A stretch of 64,000 nt of DNA from Candidatus Heimdallarchaeota archaeon. GTDB lineage: Archaea > Asgardarchaeota > Heimdallarchaeia > Heimdallarchaeales > Heimdallarchaeaceae. Shown in pieces: positions 29,332 through 38,554 of the stretch. The first letter of the stretch is position 1. Each line of letters begins with the position of its first letter. The stretch is from contig JABCTC010000016.1 of the NCBI GenBank assembly GCA_018238545.1, forward strand, positions 1 to 64,000, read 5' to 3'. The notes under the pieces were generated by a model. The model made no database searches and had not been told where the DNA came from. It saw only the letters and a list, made by a program, of their open reading frames with translations. The position numbers and the translations under genes were made by a program.

Positions 29332-29721
29332 ATGACTGCGGACGATGCATTAGACAAAATCAGGAAAAAAAAGGCTCAAGAGCTTCTTGAAATTGCTAAT
29401 CTGAGAAAGCAGCGGATGGAAGAGCTAAAGAAATCTGAGCAAGCTCCAGCTAGTGTTGAAGAGAAAGATAAACTAGCTTTGATGAGGTTCTTTTTAGTTC
29501 CAGAAGCTTATGATTATTGGTCCAGTCTCTATGAGAATCAAAACAAAAAAGTTACCGCCGAAACTATTTTTAAAAATCTACTATATATGGTTAAAATTGG
29601 TTATATGGAAGGTAAACAAATCACTAGATTAGGAATAAAGAAGCTTGAAAGAGAAATTGAGGGCATACCTCCATCAATCACTATTAAAAGGAAAGGAGAG
29701 AAGGAAAGAACTGTAGATTGA
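29332..29721 (+). CDS. PDCD5-like DNA-binding protein (divergent)
   Basis: DDALDKIRKKKAQEL N-terminus, FLVPEA (cf. LTPEA), ITIKRK C-terminus. Confidence 0.65.
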   Translation: MTADDALDKIRKKKAQELLEIANLRKQRMEELKKSEQAPASVEEKDKLALMRFFLVPEAYDYWSSLYENQNKKVTAETIFKNLLYMVKIGYMEGKQITRLGIKKLEREIEGIPPSITIKRKGEKERTVD

Positions 29722-29729
29722 AACTATTT

Positions 29730-30014
29730 CTACTTTCTTCTTTCAGAACTCTTGTAAAATATGACTAATTTCTCTTTATAGTGTTCTCTTAATCTTAGTA
29801 TAACTTCATCAATATCCTTGTTTGAATCATTCTTACTAGATTGAACTGGAATGACAAGTTTATCATAACTACTTGTTTTCTTAGTTTCTACTTCTTGTAC
29901 AATTTTATCTCTAAACAATAAAATTCTATCTCCTTTAATTTCAATTGAATTATAAAATGGAGTAATGTCTGTGTCTACTTCTTCACAGATTTGGTTAACT
30001 ACATCATAAATCAT
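29730..30014 (-). CDS. Hypothetical protein
   Basis: 94-aa ORF preceded by GGGGTG. Confidence 0.6.
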   Translation of the reverse strand: MIYDVVNQICEEVDTDITPFYNSIEIKGDRILLFRDKIVQEVETKKTSSYDKLVIPVQSSKNDSNKDIDEVILRLREHYKEKLVIFYKSSERRK

Positions 30015-30276
30015 TTAGGCACCCCTTGCGTATATTTTGCTCTGTTTTGGGCAGAAATAATTAGTAATTAATCATTCTACCTATCATAAAAATCGTAATC
30101 TCATAGTTAAGACATCATAATACATAGAGAATATCGGCATGTGTAAATAGCAGGAATTTTTGCAGTTTTAGAGATAGCAGTGTAGCGCATAATTATATAA
30201 TAGTTGCAAATCATTTGACAAGCTTTAATAATGAATAAGTCAATAATGAAATTAGAAAAGCAAAGGTGAAAATAAA

Positions 30277-30513
30277 ATGAGAATTAGTGTCGTTACTGCA
30301 ATAGGAGGAGGGTCATTGGAGCTGGACGTGGATCCCCAATCAACAGTAGCTCAATTAAAGAGAGAAGTTTCAAAAAAGAAAAAGATTCCAGCTAATACCG
30401 TGATTATCGTGTTTCATGGAAAACAACTAGATGATAGCGATATTTTGAAGCAAACTGGTATGATGGATGGAGATAAATGCTATCTAATTGCCAGAACTAA
30501 AGGCGGTTATTGA
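30277..30513 (+). CDS. Ubiquitin-like protein (precursor ending GG-Y)
   Basis: TVAQLK, IVFHGKQLDD, RTKGG; precedes E1. Confidence 0.93.
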   Translation: MRISVVTAIGGGSLELDVDPQSTVAQLKREVSKKKKIPANTVIIVFHGKQLDDSDILKQTGMMDGDKCYLIARTKGGY

Positions 30514-30665
30514 TTAAAAGCCAAATCCCTTTCTTATTTTGATTTTACAGTTTTATTCATATTTAAGTAGAATTTCAATTTTCTGAGTTTTCAATATTGT
30601 TTTAGCTGTTCAAAAAGAAACATATATCAGAAAACAATAGTATCATATCGTTGGTTTGTGATTTA

Positions 30666-31667
30666 ATGGTAGATGATCGTTACTCTAGACAGCAACTGAT
30701 TCCTGGTTGGAACCAAGAAACTCTTTCTGAGAGCACTATAGTTCTCGTTGGGGTTGGTGCAATTGGAAGTTACGTAGGAACCATTCTTGTATCATCTGGT
30801 ATTGGGAAACTAATAATAATAGACTTTGACACGATAGAAACATCTAATCTCAACAGACAGCTATTATATCGTGATGCTGATGTAGGAAACTCTAAATCAG
30901 AAACTGCCGCAAAAAGATTGAAGGAATTAAATCCAGAGGTAGACATCGAGTTCTATCATAAGAAGATGGAAAAGGTTTCTGTATCAGTATATGAGGAAGC
31001 AGATGTAATAGTCTCTTGTTTAGATACATTTCTGGGACGTAGGTGGATTAATTCAATGGCTATCAGAGTGAAAAAACCGTTAGTCACAGGAGGTATGTTT
31101 GCTTTTTTGGGAAACGCTCAAGTCATCATCCCTTACGAAACGGCGTGTTTTGAATGTCAACCTTTAGTTCCTGAAGAAGAATTAGCTCAAGCCTGTACAC
31201 CTTTTGGTGAGGAAAGAAAAAAAGAAAGGGGAGAAATCGAGAAAGAACCTCCTCTTCCAGCTGTTGCAACATTATCGTCAATTATTGGAGGCATCATGGC
31301 TCAGGAAGCCTTGAAACTGACACTAAATATTGGTAATCATCTTCAGAACTATCTTTTTTATGATGGATTAAATAATGCAACTACCATTTTGGAATTGGTT
31401 CGATCTGAAGAATGTCCTACTTGTGGAGAGTTATATAAGCTTGAACAGATAGAATTTGTAGCTCATTCAGATGAAACAGTTAAAGAGTTAGAAGTTCGGT
31501 TAGCCTTAACTTATGGATTGGAAAAACCAGAATTAATGATAAAAGGAAAATTATTAGATTCAAATGCATTAATCAAAGATTCTATCTCTAAAGGAAAAGA
31601 AACAGTGTTTGTTCTAGATAAAAATCTTGCAAAACCGATAAAAATTATACTTCAGATAACGGAATGA
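30666..31667 (+). CDS. Ubiquitin-activating enzyme E1-like protein
   Basis: RYSRQ, GVGAIG, DFDTIETSNLNRQ, CFEC/CPTC Zn motifs, ACT catalytic Cys, C-terminal ubiquitin-fold-like domain. Confidence 0.93.
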   Translation: MVDDRYSRQQLIPGWNQETLSESTIVLVGVGAIGSYVGTILVSSGIGKLIIIDFDTIETSNLNRQLLYRDADVGNSKSETAAKRLKELNPEVDIEFYHKKMEKVSVSVYEEADVIVSCLDTFLGRRWINSMAIRVKKPLVTGGMFAFLGNAQVIIPYETACFECQPLVPEEELAQACTPFGEERKKERGEIEKEPPLPAVATLSSIIGGIMAQEALKLTLNIGNHLQNYLFYDGLNNATTILELVRSEECPTCGELYKLEQIEFVAHSDETVKELEVRLALTYGLEKPELMIKGKLLDSNALIKDSISKGKETVFVLDKNLAKPIKIILQITE

Positions 31668-31694
31668 ACTGAGTTTTTGCTTTAATTTTACAAA

Positions 31695-33158
31695 TTGAAT
31701 GCAATGTTTTTTAAAGTTTCATTGTCATCATTTGATATAGAGAATTATAATAAGGTGAGACAAATATCTACAGATGATTACATCCTTGCAAATGAAACGC
31801 AGTTAATATATGAAAATGCAGCAGGATTCGAACCAGTAAGAGGTAATCTTAAACACTGGAAAGGTTATGTAGGAACAATTGAAGGAACTGAAATTCCTAT
31901 CTTTGCAAATATTTTCATTCAAGATGGGTTCCCCGATATAGCTCCTTTTGTTGATATTACACCAAAAGTGAATCATCCAAATACTGACGATGATGGAACC
32001 TTGAGCATTAAAATATTAGTAGAATGGAACAGAAGTTATCATGTTCATGACGTAATTAATGATACAAAGCAACTTTTTACACGTGTTCCAGCCAAGCCAT
32101 ATAAAACAAAGAAATCAAGGAAAAAGGAAAGATATACAGGGTTACAAAGAGCTACCATTCCTGTCAGACAGCTTCCTCAAGTTGAAATGGTTACAACTAG
32201 AAAAGAAACTACTACAGAGACTGAAAAACGGAAAATTGAAGATACAATTATGGATTATCAATCAAAGATTGACGATATAGGTAAAAAAATTGAGAAGGAA
32301 AGAACCTCTTTACTAAAAGAAGGTGGTATCAAAGTTGATAGATCAGATAAAGAAATATCAATCTCCTTAGAAGAAAATCTTAAAGCTGAAAGTTACGCAA
32401 TTCAAGATACTCTAGAAGTACTCCAAGAAAAATTTGAAGATGGAGACATGACAACTGTGGATTTCCTGAAATTATATAAACGGTACTCTAAAAATGGTTA
32501 TAAAGCTGAAAAACAGCACAATCATGTCAAAGCGAGTGGTAGTATGTCAAAACTAGATGAAAGAAATCTTGAATTAGAAGCTAACCTTTATGCCTCAATT
32601 GTAACACTAGATAATCTTGCTATAAGTTATGAAAATAATGAAATAGATCAGATTGCATATAGAAAGCAATTACGTTCTCTCATTAGAAGTATTTTCAAAT
32701 CACGAATGCAACTAGAAAAAGTTGGATTCCAACTTGAAAACTTTATCAAAAAAGAGAAGTTAGATAGCAAATATCCTAAAGGCATTCGTCATCTTCGTGT
32801 AGCTGAAGGAGTTGAAACTGCTGATGCAATATCTATACCTTTTGACTCGTTGAAGAAAATGCCCACAAAAACTGCGGATTATGTCGCTTCTGCAATTGAA
32901 TTGATCGATTTAACAAGACTTCGTTCGGTAGCCAGAGCAGATTTACTGTTAGCAGATATGGATGAGATGTTACACATTCTCAAAACATTTCCATCAATTC
33001 CTAAAGATCATTGGGTTATTGAAGATATCAGTAATTGGCGTAAAATCATTGGCAAATACAAACCTGAAGAGGTAATAAAGGAAGAAGATTGTGAAAAACT
33101 CGAATTCCAAGCAGCAAGATGGCTGAATGATTTTCGACGAGTTCTCAAAGAATTATAA
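31695..33158 (+). CDS. ESCRT-I fusion protein: UEV + coiled coil + Vps23 steadiness box + Vps28
   Basis: HPNTDDDGTLSI (E2 fold, Cys replaced by Ser); AIQDTLEVLQEKFEDGDMTTVDFLK (Vps23 core); ANLYASIVTLDNL and LEFQAARWLNDF (Vps28); start may be GTG 31755. Confidence 0.88.
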   Translation: MNAMFFKVSLSSFDIENYNKVRQISTDDYILANETQLIYENAAGFEPVRGNLKHWKGYVGTIEGTEIPIFANIFIQDGFPDIAPFVDITPKVNHPNTDDDGTLSIKILVEWNRSYHVHDVINDTKQLFTRVPAKPYKTKKSRKKERYTGLQRATIPVRQLPQVEMVTTRKETTTETEKRKIEDTIMDYQSKIDDIGKKIEKERTSLLKEGGIKVDRSDKEISISLEENLKAESYAIQDTLEVLQEKFEDGDMTTVDFLKLYKRYSKNGYKAEKQHNHVKASGSMSKLDERNLELEANLYASIVTLDNLAISYENNEIDQIAYRKQLRSLIRSIFKSRMQLEKVGFQLENFIKKEKLDSKYPKGIRHLRVAEGVETADAISIPFDSLKKMPTKTADYVASAIELIDLTRLRSVARADLLLADMDEMLHILKTFPSIPKDHWVIEDISNWRKIIGKYKPEEVIKEEDCEKLEFQAARWLNDFRRVLKEL

Positions 33159-33236
33159 TAAACGAAGAAGGATATATTCCCTCTTCTTACAATTCTTTTC
33201 AGATGAGGTCTATCGAAACATAACCAGGTGATTTGA

Positions 33237-33542
33237 CTGCTAGAAAAAAACGTTAATGACGCACAATTTACCAACATAAGACAGTTATTATTTGAATTAA
33301 TCAATCTTATAGAGATTAAAATAGACGTTGGTTACATCCTTGAAGAGATAGAGGAGATTACTTTAGAAATCGGGAAAATTAACCAAAAGGGAGAGAGATT
33401 GGGAGATGAGATGAAAGAGGTGTATAAATCTCTTTATAGAAAATACAAGAACAAGCTTGCCGCATTCCTTTCCCCACGGGAAGCAAATCAAATAATGGGA
33501 AAAATAAAGAATTGGATACAAATTTTACCAACTATCTTCTAG
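33237..33542 (+). CDS. Unannotated 101-aa helical protein with putative CTG start
   Basis: Open frame LLEKNVNDAQFTNIRQLLFELINLIE...KNWIQILPTIF*; AGGTGA SD at 33226-33231; fills the gap between ESCRT-I and ESCRT-II. Confidence 0.65.
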   Translation: MLEKNVNDAQFTNIRQLLFELINLIEIKIDVGYILEEIEEITLEIGKINQKGERLGDEMKEVYKSLYRKYKNKLAAFLSPREANQIMGKIKNWIQILPTIF

Positions 33543-33615
33543 TTTTTTCCGACTAATTTTTATTTATTTGAGAAGATATAAATAAGTGCTATACAATTAC
33601 TATTTGGAGATTGAA

Positions 33616-34341
33616 GTGGGTTTAAGAGACATAGAGAAAAAAATCAAGATAAAATCTGCTTTCCAAGTAAAAGATGCTGAATTAATGATTCAAGAATTAC
33701 AGCAAATGATGGATAATATTCAAGTTATTAAGAAACAGTTGAAAAAATTCGAGAAAAAATATGGTGATAAAATCTCGGAGAACAAAGAATATTATGACAA
33801 ACTTGCAGGTTTACGAGACGAATTAGGATTACCTGCAGAAATTGGTCGTTTTGATTGGAAAGAAGCACCTACACTCAAAGATAAATTAACAGGTAAAGGG
33901 TTTTACGATATTTTGGCAAATGAAATACTGGAACTAGGTCAGAGTTCGACTCCAGATAATGGAGGCATCATGTCAGTAGGAGAATTATTTACTCAATTAA
34001 ACAAAATCAGACCAGGAAGAATGGTTTCAATTGATGACATGTATAGATCTATTGAGAAACTTATCAATTCTAAACTCATTAGACCATACAAAAACCTTGA
34101 ATCTGGTGTCAAAATCATAGAATTTACTCCAGTTGAGTTCAGCCCAGATCACGATATCATATTGAGCTATGCATCAAGATCAGGGTATGTAACAAAAGAA
34201 AATCTTTTGATGAAAACTGACTGGTCAGAAGAAAGAATTGATAGATGTTTAACATTCTTTGAAGAAAACGGTATTGCAAGAGTAGATAGAAGCTATTCTG
34301 AAGGCACGAAATTTTGGTTCCCTGGTTTACTAGGGATGTAG
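33616..34341 (+). CDS. ESCRT-II Vps22/Vps36-like (EAP30) protein
   Basis: GFYDILANEILEL, NGGIMSVGEL, VSIDDMYRSIEKL tandem winged helices, FWFPG end; GTG 33616 follows GGAG. Confidence 0.9.
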   Translation: MGLRDIEKKIKIKSAFQVKDAELMIQELQQMMDNIQVIKKQLKKFEKKYGDKISENKEYYDKLAGLRDELGLPAEIGRFDWKEAPTLKDKLTGKGFYDILANEILELGQSSTPDNGGIMSVGELFTQLNKIRPGRMVSIDDMYRSIEKLINSKLIRPYKNLESGVKIIEFTPVEFSPDHDIILSYASRSGYVTKENLLMKTDWSEERIDRCLTFFEENGIARVDRSYSEGTKFWFPGLLGM

Positions 34342-34348
34342 TTTTTTT

Positions 34349-35104
34349 CTAAAAAACTTTATCAGCTTCAAATTGAATTATCGTTTTTTCTTTATTCAAC
34401 CATTTTGCTACTTTGTTTTCAACTAGCATTTCACAAACTATTATCAAATCATCTGCTGGCAAATCACTCCATTGTTGTTGAAGTTGTGAAAGATCAAAAA
34501 GTGAGTGTATTTCTACTACTCTCCCTGTTTCAATCATGAAATCTAACAAATTATCTGCCCATTCTTCATTTGTTTTCCAGTAAATACGAGCTCGTGTTTT
34601 TGTTTTCTCATCTAACCATTTAGCTACACTCTGCTTAACAAGATGATCTATAACCTCTCGAACTTGCTTCAAAGACATCTTCTTATTGTTTATAGTATTA
34701 TTAAATGGATGAACATTTCGGATTTCATTAATATTAATGATGTGAATAACAAAAATACGACTATAGTCAAGAACTATTGCTGACCAGCTTTCAAGCCAAG
34801 ATTCAACTTGTGATTCTTTCTTTGGTTTAATATACATCCATGGAGCTTTTACCCACTTTGGTAAACTGTCCTCAAATTCAACTTCTAAAAATGCTCTTTG
34901 TTCTTTTGAAAGATCTACTTTTGTAATAGCCTTAACAACAGGCATAGTAGTTTTTAGGTCTTCTTCAGTAATTTCCAACCCCTTGATACTTGCTTCAATT
35001 AGCTTAAGTTTATTATCGGAAATTTCTTTTTCTTCCTTAAGTTTCTTAACGTCTAATTTTTCAGTACGTTCCTTATCATTTTTTTTCTTTTTAAGGGTAG
35101 ACAT
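34349..35104 (-). CDS. ESCRT-II Vps25-like protein
   Basis: PWMYIKP...WLESWSAIVLDY, PFNN.INNKKMS, AKW...IYWKTNEEWAD. Confidence 0.9.
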   Translation of the reverse strand: MSTLKKKKNDKERTEKLDVKKLKEEKEISDNKLKLIEASIKGLEITEEDLKTTMPVVKAITKVDLSKEQRAFLEVEFEDSLPKWVKAPWMYIKPKKESQVESWLESWSAIVLDYSRIFVIHIININEIRNVHPFNNTINNKKMSLKQVREVIDHLVKQSVAKWLDEKTKTRARIYWKTNEEWADNLLDFMIETGRVVEIHSLFDLSQLQQQWSDLPADDLIIVCEMLVENKVAKWLNKEKTIIQFEADKVF

Positions 35105-35121
35105 GAGTTAGACCTCTAGTT

Positions 35122-36294
35122 TTAAGCACTACTACCGAATTCTTCGTTCCATTTGTCGTATCTATCTACTTCTTCATCACTGATTGATGGGCTGATAGCT
35201 TCTATTGCTTCTAAGAAATCATCTTGTGTAACTGAACGTGCTTTTATAGTTGTATCAGTAATTGCTCCAGCCATGTCTAACTCTCTGATAGGTGTCATTA
35301 TTGCTTCTCTGCACACCATTGCAATATCAGCACCAGAGTAACAATCAGTTATTTCTGCTAAAATAGAAAAGTCAACCTCAGAACACATTTCTATACCTCT
35401 TGTGTTATATTTGTAGATTGCTTCTCTAGCTTCAAGGTCTGGTAAAGGTATGTAAATACGTCGTTCAAATCTCCTTCTAAAAGCACCATCTATTGCTTCT
35501 GGTAAGTTTGTCGCACCTACAGTAACAATACGATCTGTTTCTGAACTAGATAAACCATCCATTGCAGTTAATAACTCAGTTTTAACCCGACGCATAGCAT
35601 CATGTTCTCCTCCCCTTGCTCCTGCTAATGCATCCACTTCATCAATGAAGATAATACTTGGCTGTTTTTCACGAGCGAGAGTAAACAATGTTTTTACTAA
35701 TTTCTCTGATTCACCTAACCACTTAGATATAATCGAAGATGCGCTAACATTGAAAAAAGTAGCCTCAACTTCAGCCGCTGTAGCCTTTGCTAACAGAGTT
35801 TTTCCACAACCGGGAGGACCAAATAACAAAATCCCCTTCCAAGGTCTTCGTGCTCCTGAAAAAAGATCTGGACGCATTAAAGGCAACACTATTGCTTCCC
35901 TCAATGTTTGTTTAGCATTTTCTAATCCTGCAATGTCTTTCAGTGTGACTGAAGGTTTCTCTGTAACGATAATATCAGAAATAGCTCCCGATAATTTATC
36001 ATCTGTGTCATCATCGCCAGCTGTTGACTTCTTCTCTTTCCGTTTTTGAAGTAATCCTCGCAACTCCTTTGAACGAGCTAAATACATCTCCGCTTTCTTT
36101 TTCAAAGTTCGAGCAATTTGAGGGTTACGTTCAAATCTAATAGCTTTCATTAAAGCTTCAGCTGCATCCAAATAATAAGGAATAGCCTCACTATAGTTTT
36201 TTTCTTTATCAAAAGTATAAGCTTTTAAAGCAAATTCTCTAGCATGATCTATTAAGCCTTGTGCTGACACGTGAGTCACAACCGTTTTTTTCAA
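35122..36294 (-). CDS. vps4: Vps4 AAA+ ATPase (MIT + AAA)
   Basis: N-terminal MIT; PWKGILLFGPPGCGKT, SKWLGESEK, IIFIDE, RRRFERRIYIPLP; start may be GTG 36270. Confidence 0.95.
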   Translation of the reverse strand: MKKTVVTHVSAQGLIDHAREFALKAYTFDKEKNYSEAIPYYLDAAEALMKAIRFERNPQIARTLKKKAEMYLARSKELRGLLQKRKEKKSTAGDDDTDDKLSGAISDIIVTEKPSVTLKDIAGLENAKQTLREAIVLPLMRPDLFSGARRPWKGILLFGPPGCGKTLLAKATAAEVEATFFNVSASSIISKWLGESEKLVKTLFTLAREKQPSIIFIDEVDALAGARGGEHDAMRRVKTELLTAMDGLSSSETDRIVTVGATNLPEAIDGAFRRRFERRIYIPLPDLEAREAIYKYNTRGIEMCSEVDFSILAEITDCYSGADIAMVCREAIMTPIRELDMAGAITDTTIKARSVTQDDFLEAIEAISPSISDEEVDRYDKWNEEFGSSA

Positions 36295-36394
36295 GTTCTA
36301 TACTATTATTATTATTATCATCAGATATAAAGGTTTTATTTTACTTTTTACTGTTCTCCACTTTCCCTTTAAAAATAAAAATAAAAAGGAAGAT

Positions 36395-37048
36395 TTAATC
36401 TTCACTCATTTTTTTCTTCAACGATTCAAGCTCTTCTTCAAGATCTGATGTGTCTTCTTCCTTTTCACCTGAGACACCAGCTGGTGTTACGGGTAATCCA
36501 GAAATATCGGGCAAACTTGTTGTTGTTCCAAGATCCATTTCAGCCTCTAGCTGTGCTAATTGATCATCAATAGCAGCATCATCTTCAAAATCTAGAATTC
36601 CTTCTGATAAACTTGGATCAGATAGTGCTTCAGTCATCATTTCAATTTGATCACGTTGTTCCATAACTGTATCCATAACGCGTTCTGTACGTTCTGGAGA
36701 TACTTGCTTGATTTTCTCGCCAACTACTTTTGTGCCAATTTCCATTGCTTTAACAGTATCAGCAGTTGATGTTGCTGTTTGGATACCATCTATCTGAGCT
36801 TGAAGGTTCATAACAGTATTATGAAGAGAGTTGAGACGTTTCATGAAAACTGCTCTTCTTTTGAGGGCTGATCTTGCTCCAGCTTTATTGCCAGTTTGAA
36901 GCATTTTAGCAGCTAATATTTTCTGCTCATCTGCTTGTCTTTCAAGATTTCTTGCCTCATGTTCCATTCTATTCATTTGTGCCTTGAGTGTTGAAAGAGC
37001 ATCAGCATCTTCCTTACGTTTTTTGCCAAAGAGCCAATTTTTAACCAT
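36395..37048 (-). CDS. ESCRT-III, Vps20/Vps32(Snf7)/Vps60 class
   Basis: WLFGKK amphipathic N-terminus, GNKAGARSALKRR, acidic C-terminal half. Confidence 0.92.
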   Translation of the reverse strand: MVKNWLFGKKRKEDADALSTLKAQMNRMEHEARNLERQADEQKILAAKMLQTGNKAGARSALKRRAVFMKRLNSLHNTVMNLQAQIDGIQTATSTADTVKAMEIGTKVVGEKIKQVSPERTERVMDTVMEQRDQIEMMTEALSDPSLSEGILDFEDDAAIDDQLAQLEAEMDLGTTTSLPDISGLPVTPAGVSGEKEEDTSDLEEELESLKKKMSED

Positions 37049-37062
37049 TATTTATCACCTAT

Positions 37063-37677
37063 TTAATCTTCTTCTCTTTTTCTTAGCTTTTGGATTTCTT
37101 GTTCTAAATCATCTGTTTCTACAACACCTACAGAAGGCAATCCTGCTTGTGTTGAGACACCTAATTCAACAGCTGTTTTTTCTATTAAACGATCTACTTC
37201 AGCTGGATCAGTGTCTGAAATCAATAAATCATCTATACCATCCTCAATAGTACCAGTAGATTCCTCAATACCATCAATAGAACCTTCCATATCCTGGATT
37301 ACTCTATCTAAATCTGGTATTTGTAACTGTTCATTAGCTGCTCTGAGAGCGGATGCTACACCGTGCATTTCTGCCGCCATACTGGCAGCAGTATCTGATC
37401 GTTCGAGTTTGAAAATTAAACCGTTTATTCTAGATACTAATTTTTGATATCCAAATTCCCAACGTTGATTTCGAACAATATCTGTAGCAAACAATCTCGC
37501 AGACTCTAAATCTCCTCGTTGAATACTTTGTTTCATTTTCAATTGCATCTTAGATTCGTCACGTTCAAGCTTTCTTTGAGCTCTTTCTAATCGACGAACA
37601 GTTAATCTTAGATTTACTATGTGGTCACGAGGGTTTTTCTTTGAACCCAATAGCCATCCCATAAAATTTCCGAACAT
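37063..37677 (-). CDS. ESCRT-III, Vps2/Vps24/Vps46 class
   Basis: LRLTVRRLER, GDLESARLFATDIVR, MIM1-like C-terminal helix. Confidence 0.92.
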   Translation of the reverse strand: MFGNFMGWLLGSKKNPRDHIVNLRLTVRRLERAQRKLERDESKMQLKMKQSIQRGDLESARLFATDIVRNQRWEFGYQKLVSRINGLIFKLERSDTAASMAAEMHGVASALRAANEQLQIPDLDRVIQDMEGSIDGIEESTGTIEDGIDDLLISDTDPAEVDRLIEKTAVELGVSTQAGLPSVGVVETDDLEQEIQKLRKREED

Positions 37678-37828
37678 CTATCTCACTGTCTAATTTGTTA
37701 AGTTATACCTATTTAAGCTTTCGTTGTTATTATATCTATTGTTTTAAACTCACATACATAAAGAAGGGTCCTTTCGAAATTTTTAAATTCAGATACTTAA
37801 AATAGAGCATGAAAATAGGTGATAATCT

Positions 37829-38140
37829 ATGCTCATGAATAAAAAAACAGCAAAATTAGCAGTGATAATCTTTAGCATTGCCGGAGCTATAATGTTGATG
37901 TCGACAGGTGTTCTTGCACAAGATCCCCCATCGGATAATTATTTAAAACCAATTGGAGCAGCCCTTGCAATAGGGATTGCTGGAGCAGCAGCAGCAATAG
38001 CAATGGGAATGGCAGGAAGTGCTGCAATAGGTGCCATAGTTGAAAATCCTGAATTATTCGGAAAAGCTTTTCTCTTCATTGTACTTATTGAAGCGGTAGC
38101 TATTTATGGGCTGCTTGTGGCAATTCTGATAGTATTCTAA
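37829..38140 (+). CDS. atpK: A/V-type ATPase proteolipid subunit c/K (single hairpin, with signal peptide)
   Basis: GAALAIGIAG, ENPELFGK, IEAVAIYGL (ion-binding Glu). Confidence 0.93.
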   Translation: MLMNKKTAKLAVIIFSIAGAIMLMSTGVLAQDPPSDNYLKPIGAALAIGIAGAAAAIAMGMAGSAAIGAIVENPELFGKAFLFIVLIEAVAIYGLLVAILIVF

Positions 38141-38175
38141 TCCCACAATCTTTTCTTATTTTTTGGGTGGAATTT

Positions 38176-38547
38176 ATGACTGATACTAACAAAATACAAT
38201 CTCCAGCAGCTATTAAGCTTGCTTCAATTAAAGATTTAGTGAAAATGATGATTTTCAGTGTAGGAACTGAAAGACCTGCAGGATACATAGGATATTTTAG
38301 AAATAATGAAAAATCTTTTTATTTCATTTTTAATACAAGTTTAGGATATTACGAACTTAATGCACTTCCTTTTGTAATCTGGGTTGAAGACTCCAAGGAA
38401 CTTGAAACAGCATTTATCAGATATAGAACATCTCCTGTTGAAGAGATGGAATTTTCTGATTTTGCAGCAGATCCAAAATGGGTTACTTTACCAGTAATTG
38501 CTTTTGAAGAAATGCCTGAATTTCTTAAGGTCTGGAAAAAGAAGTAG
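38176..38547 (+). CDS. Hypothetical protein
   Basis: Intact ORF downstream of atpK; no function recognised. Confidence 0.7.
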   Translation: MTDTNKIQSPAAIKLASIKDLVKMMIFSVGTERPAGYIGYFRNNEKSFYFIFNTSLGYYELNALPFVIWVEDSKELETAFIRYRTSPVEEMEFSDFAADPKWVTLPVIAFEEMPEFLKVWKKK

Positions 38548-38554
38548 TCTAGGT

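Noticed and set aside
31695-32100. Active E2 conjugating enzyme
   Set aside because: The catalytic Cys position is Ser; treated as a UEV.
33228-33236. GTG-ATT-TGA readthrough as the start of the hidden ORF
   Set aside because: The GTG is part of the GGTGA SD; a CTG start is simpler than recoding at codon 3.
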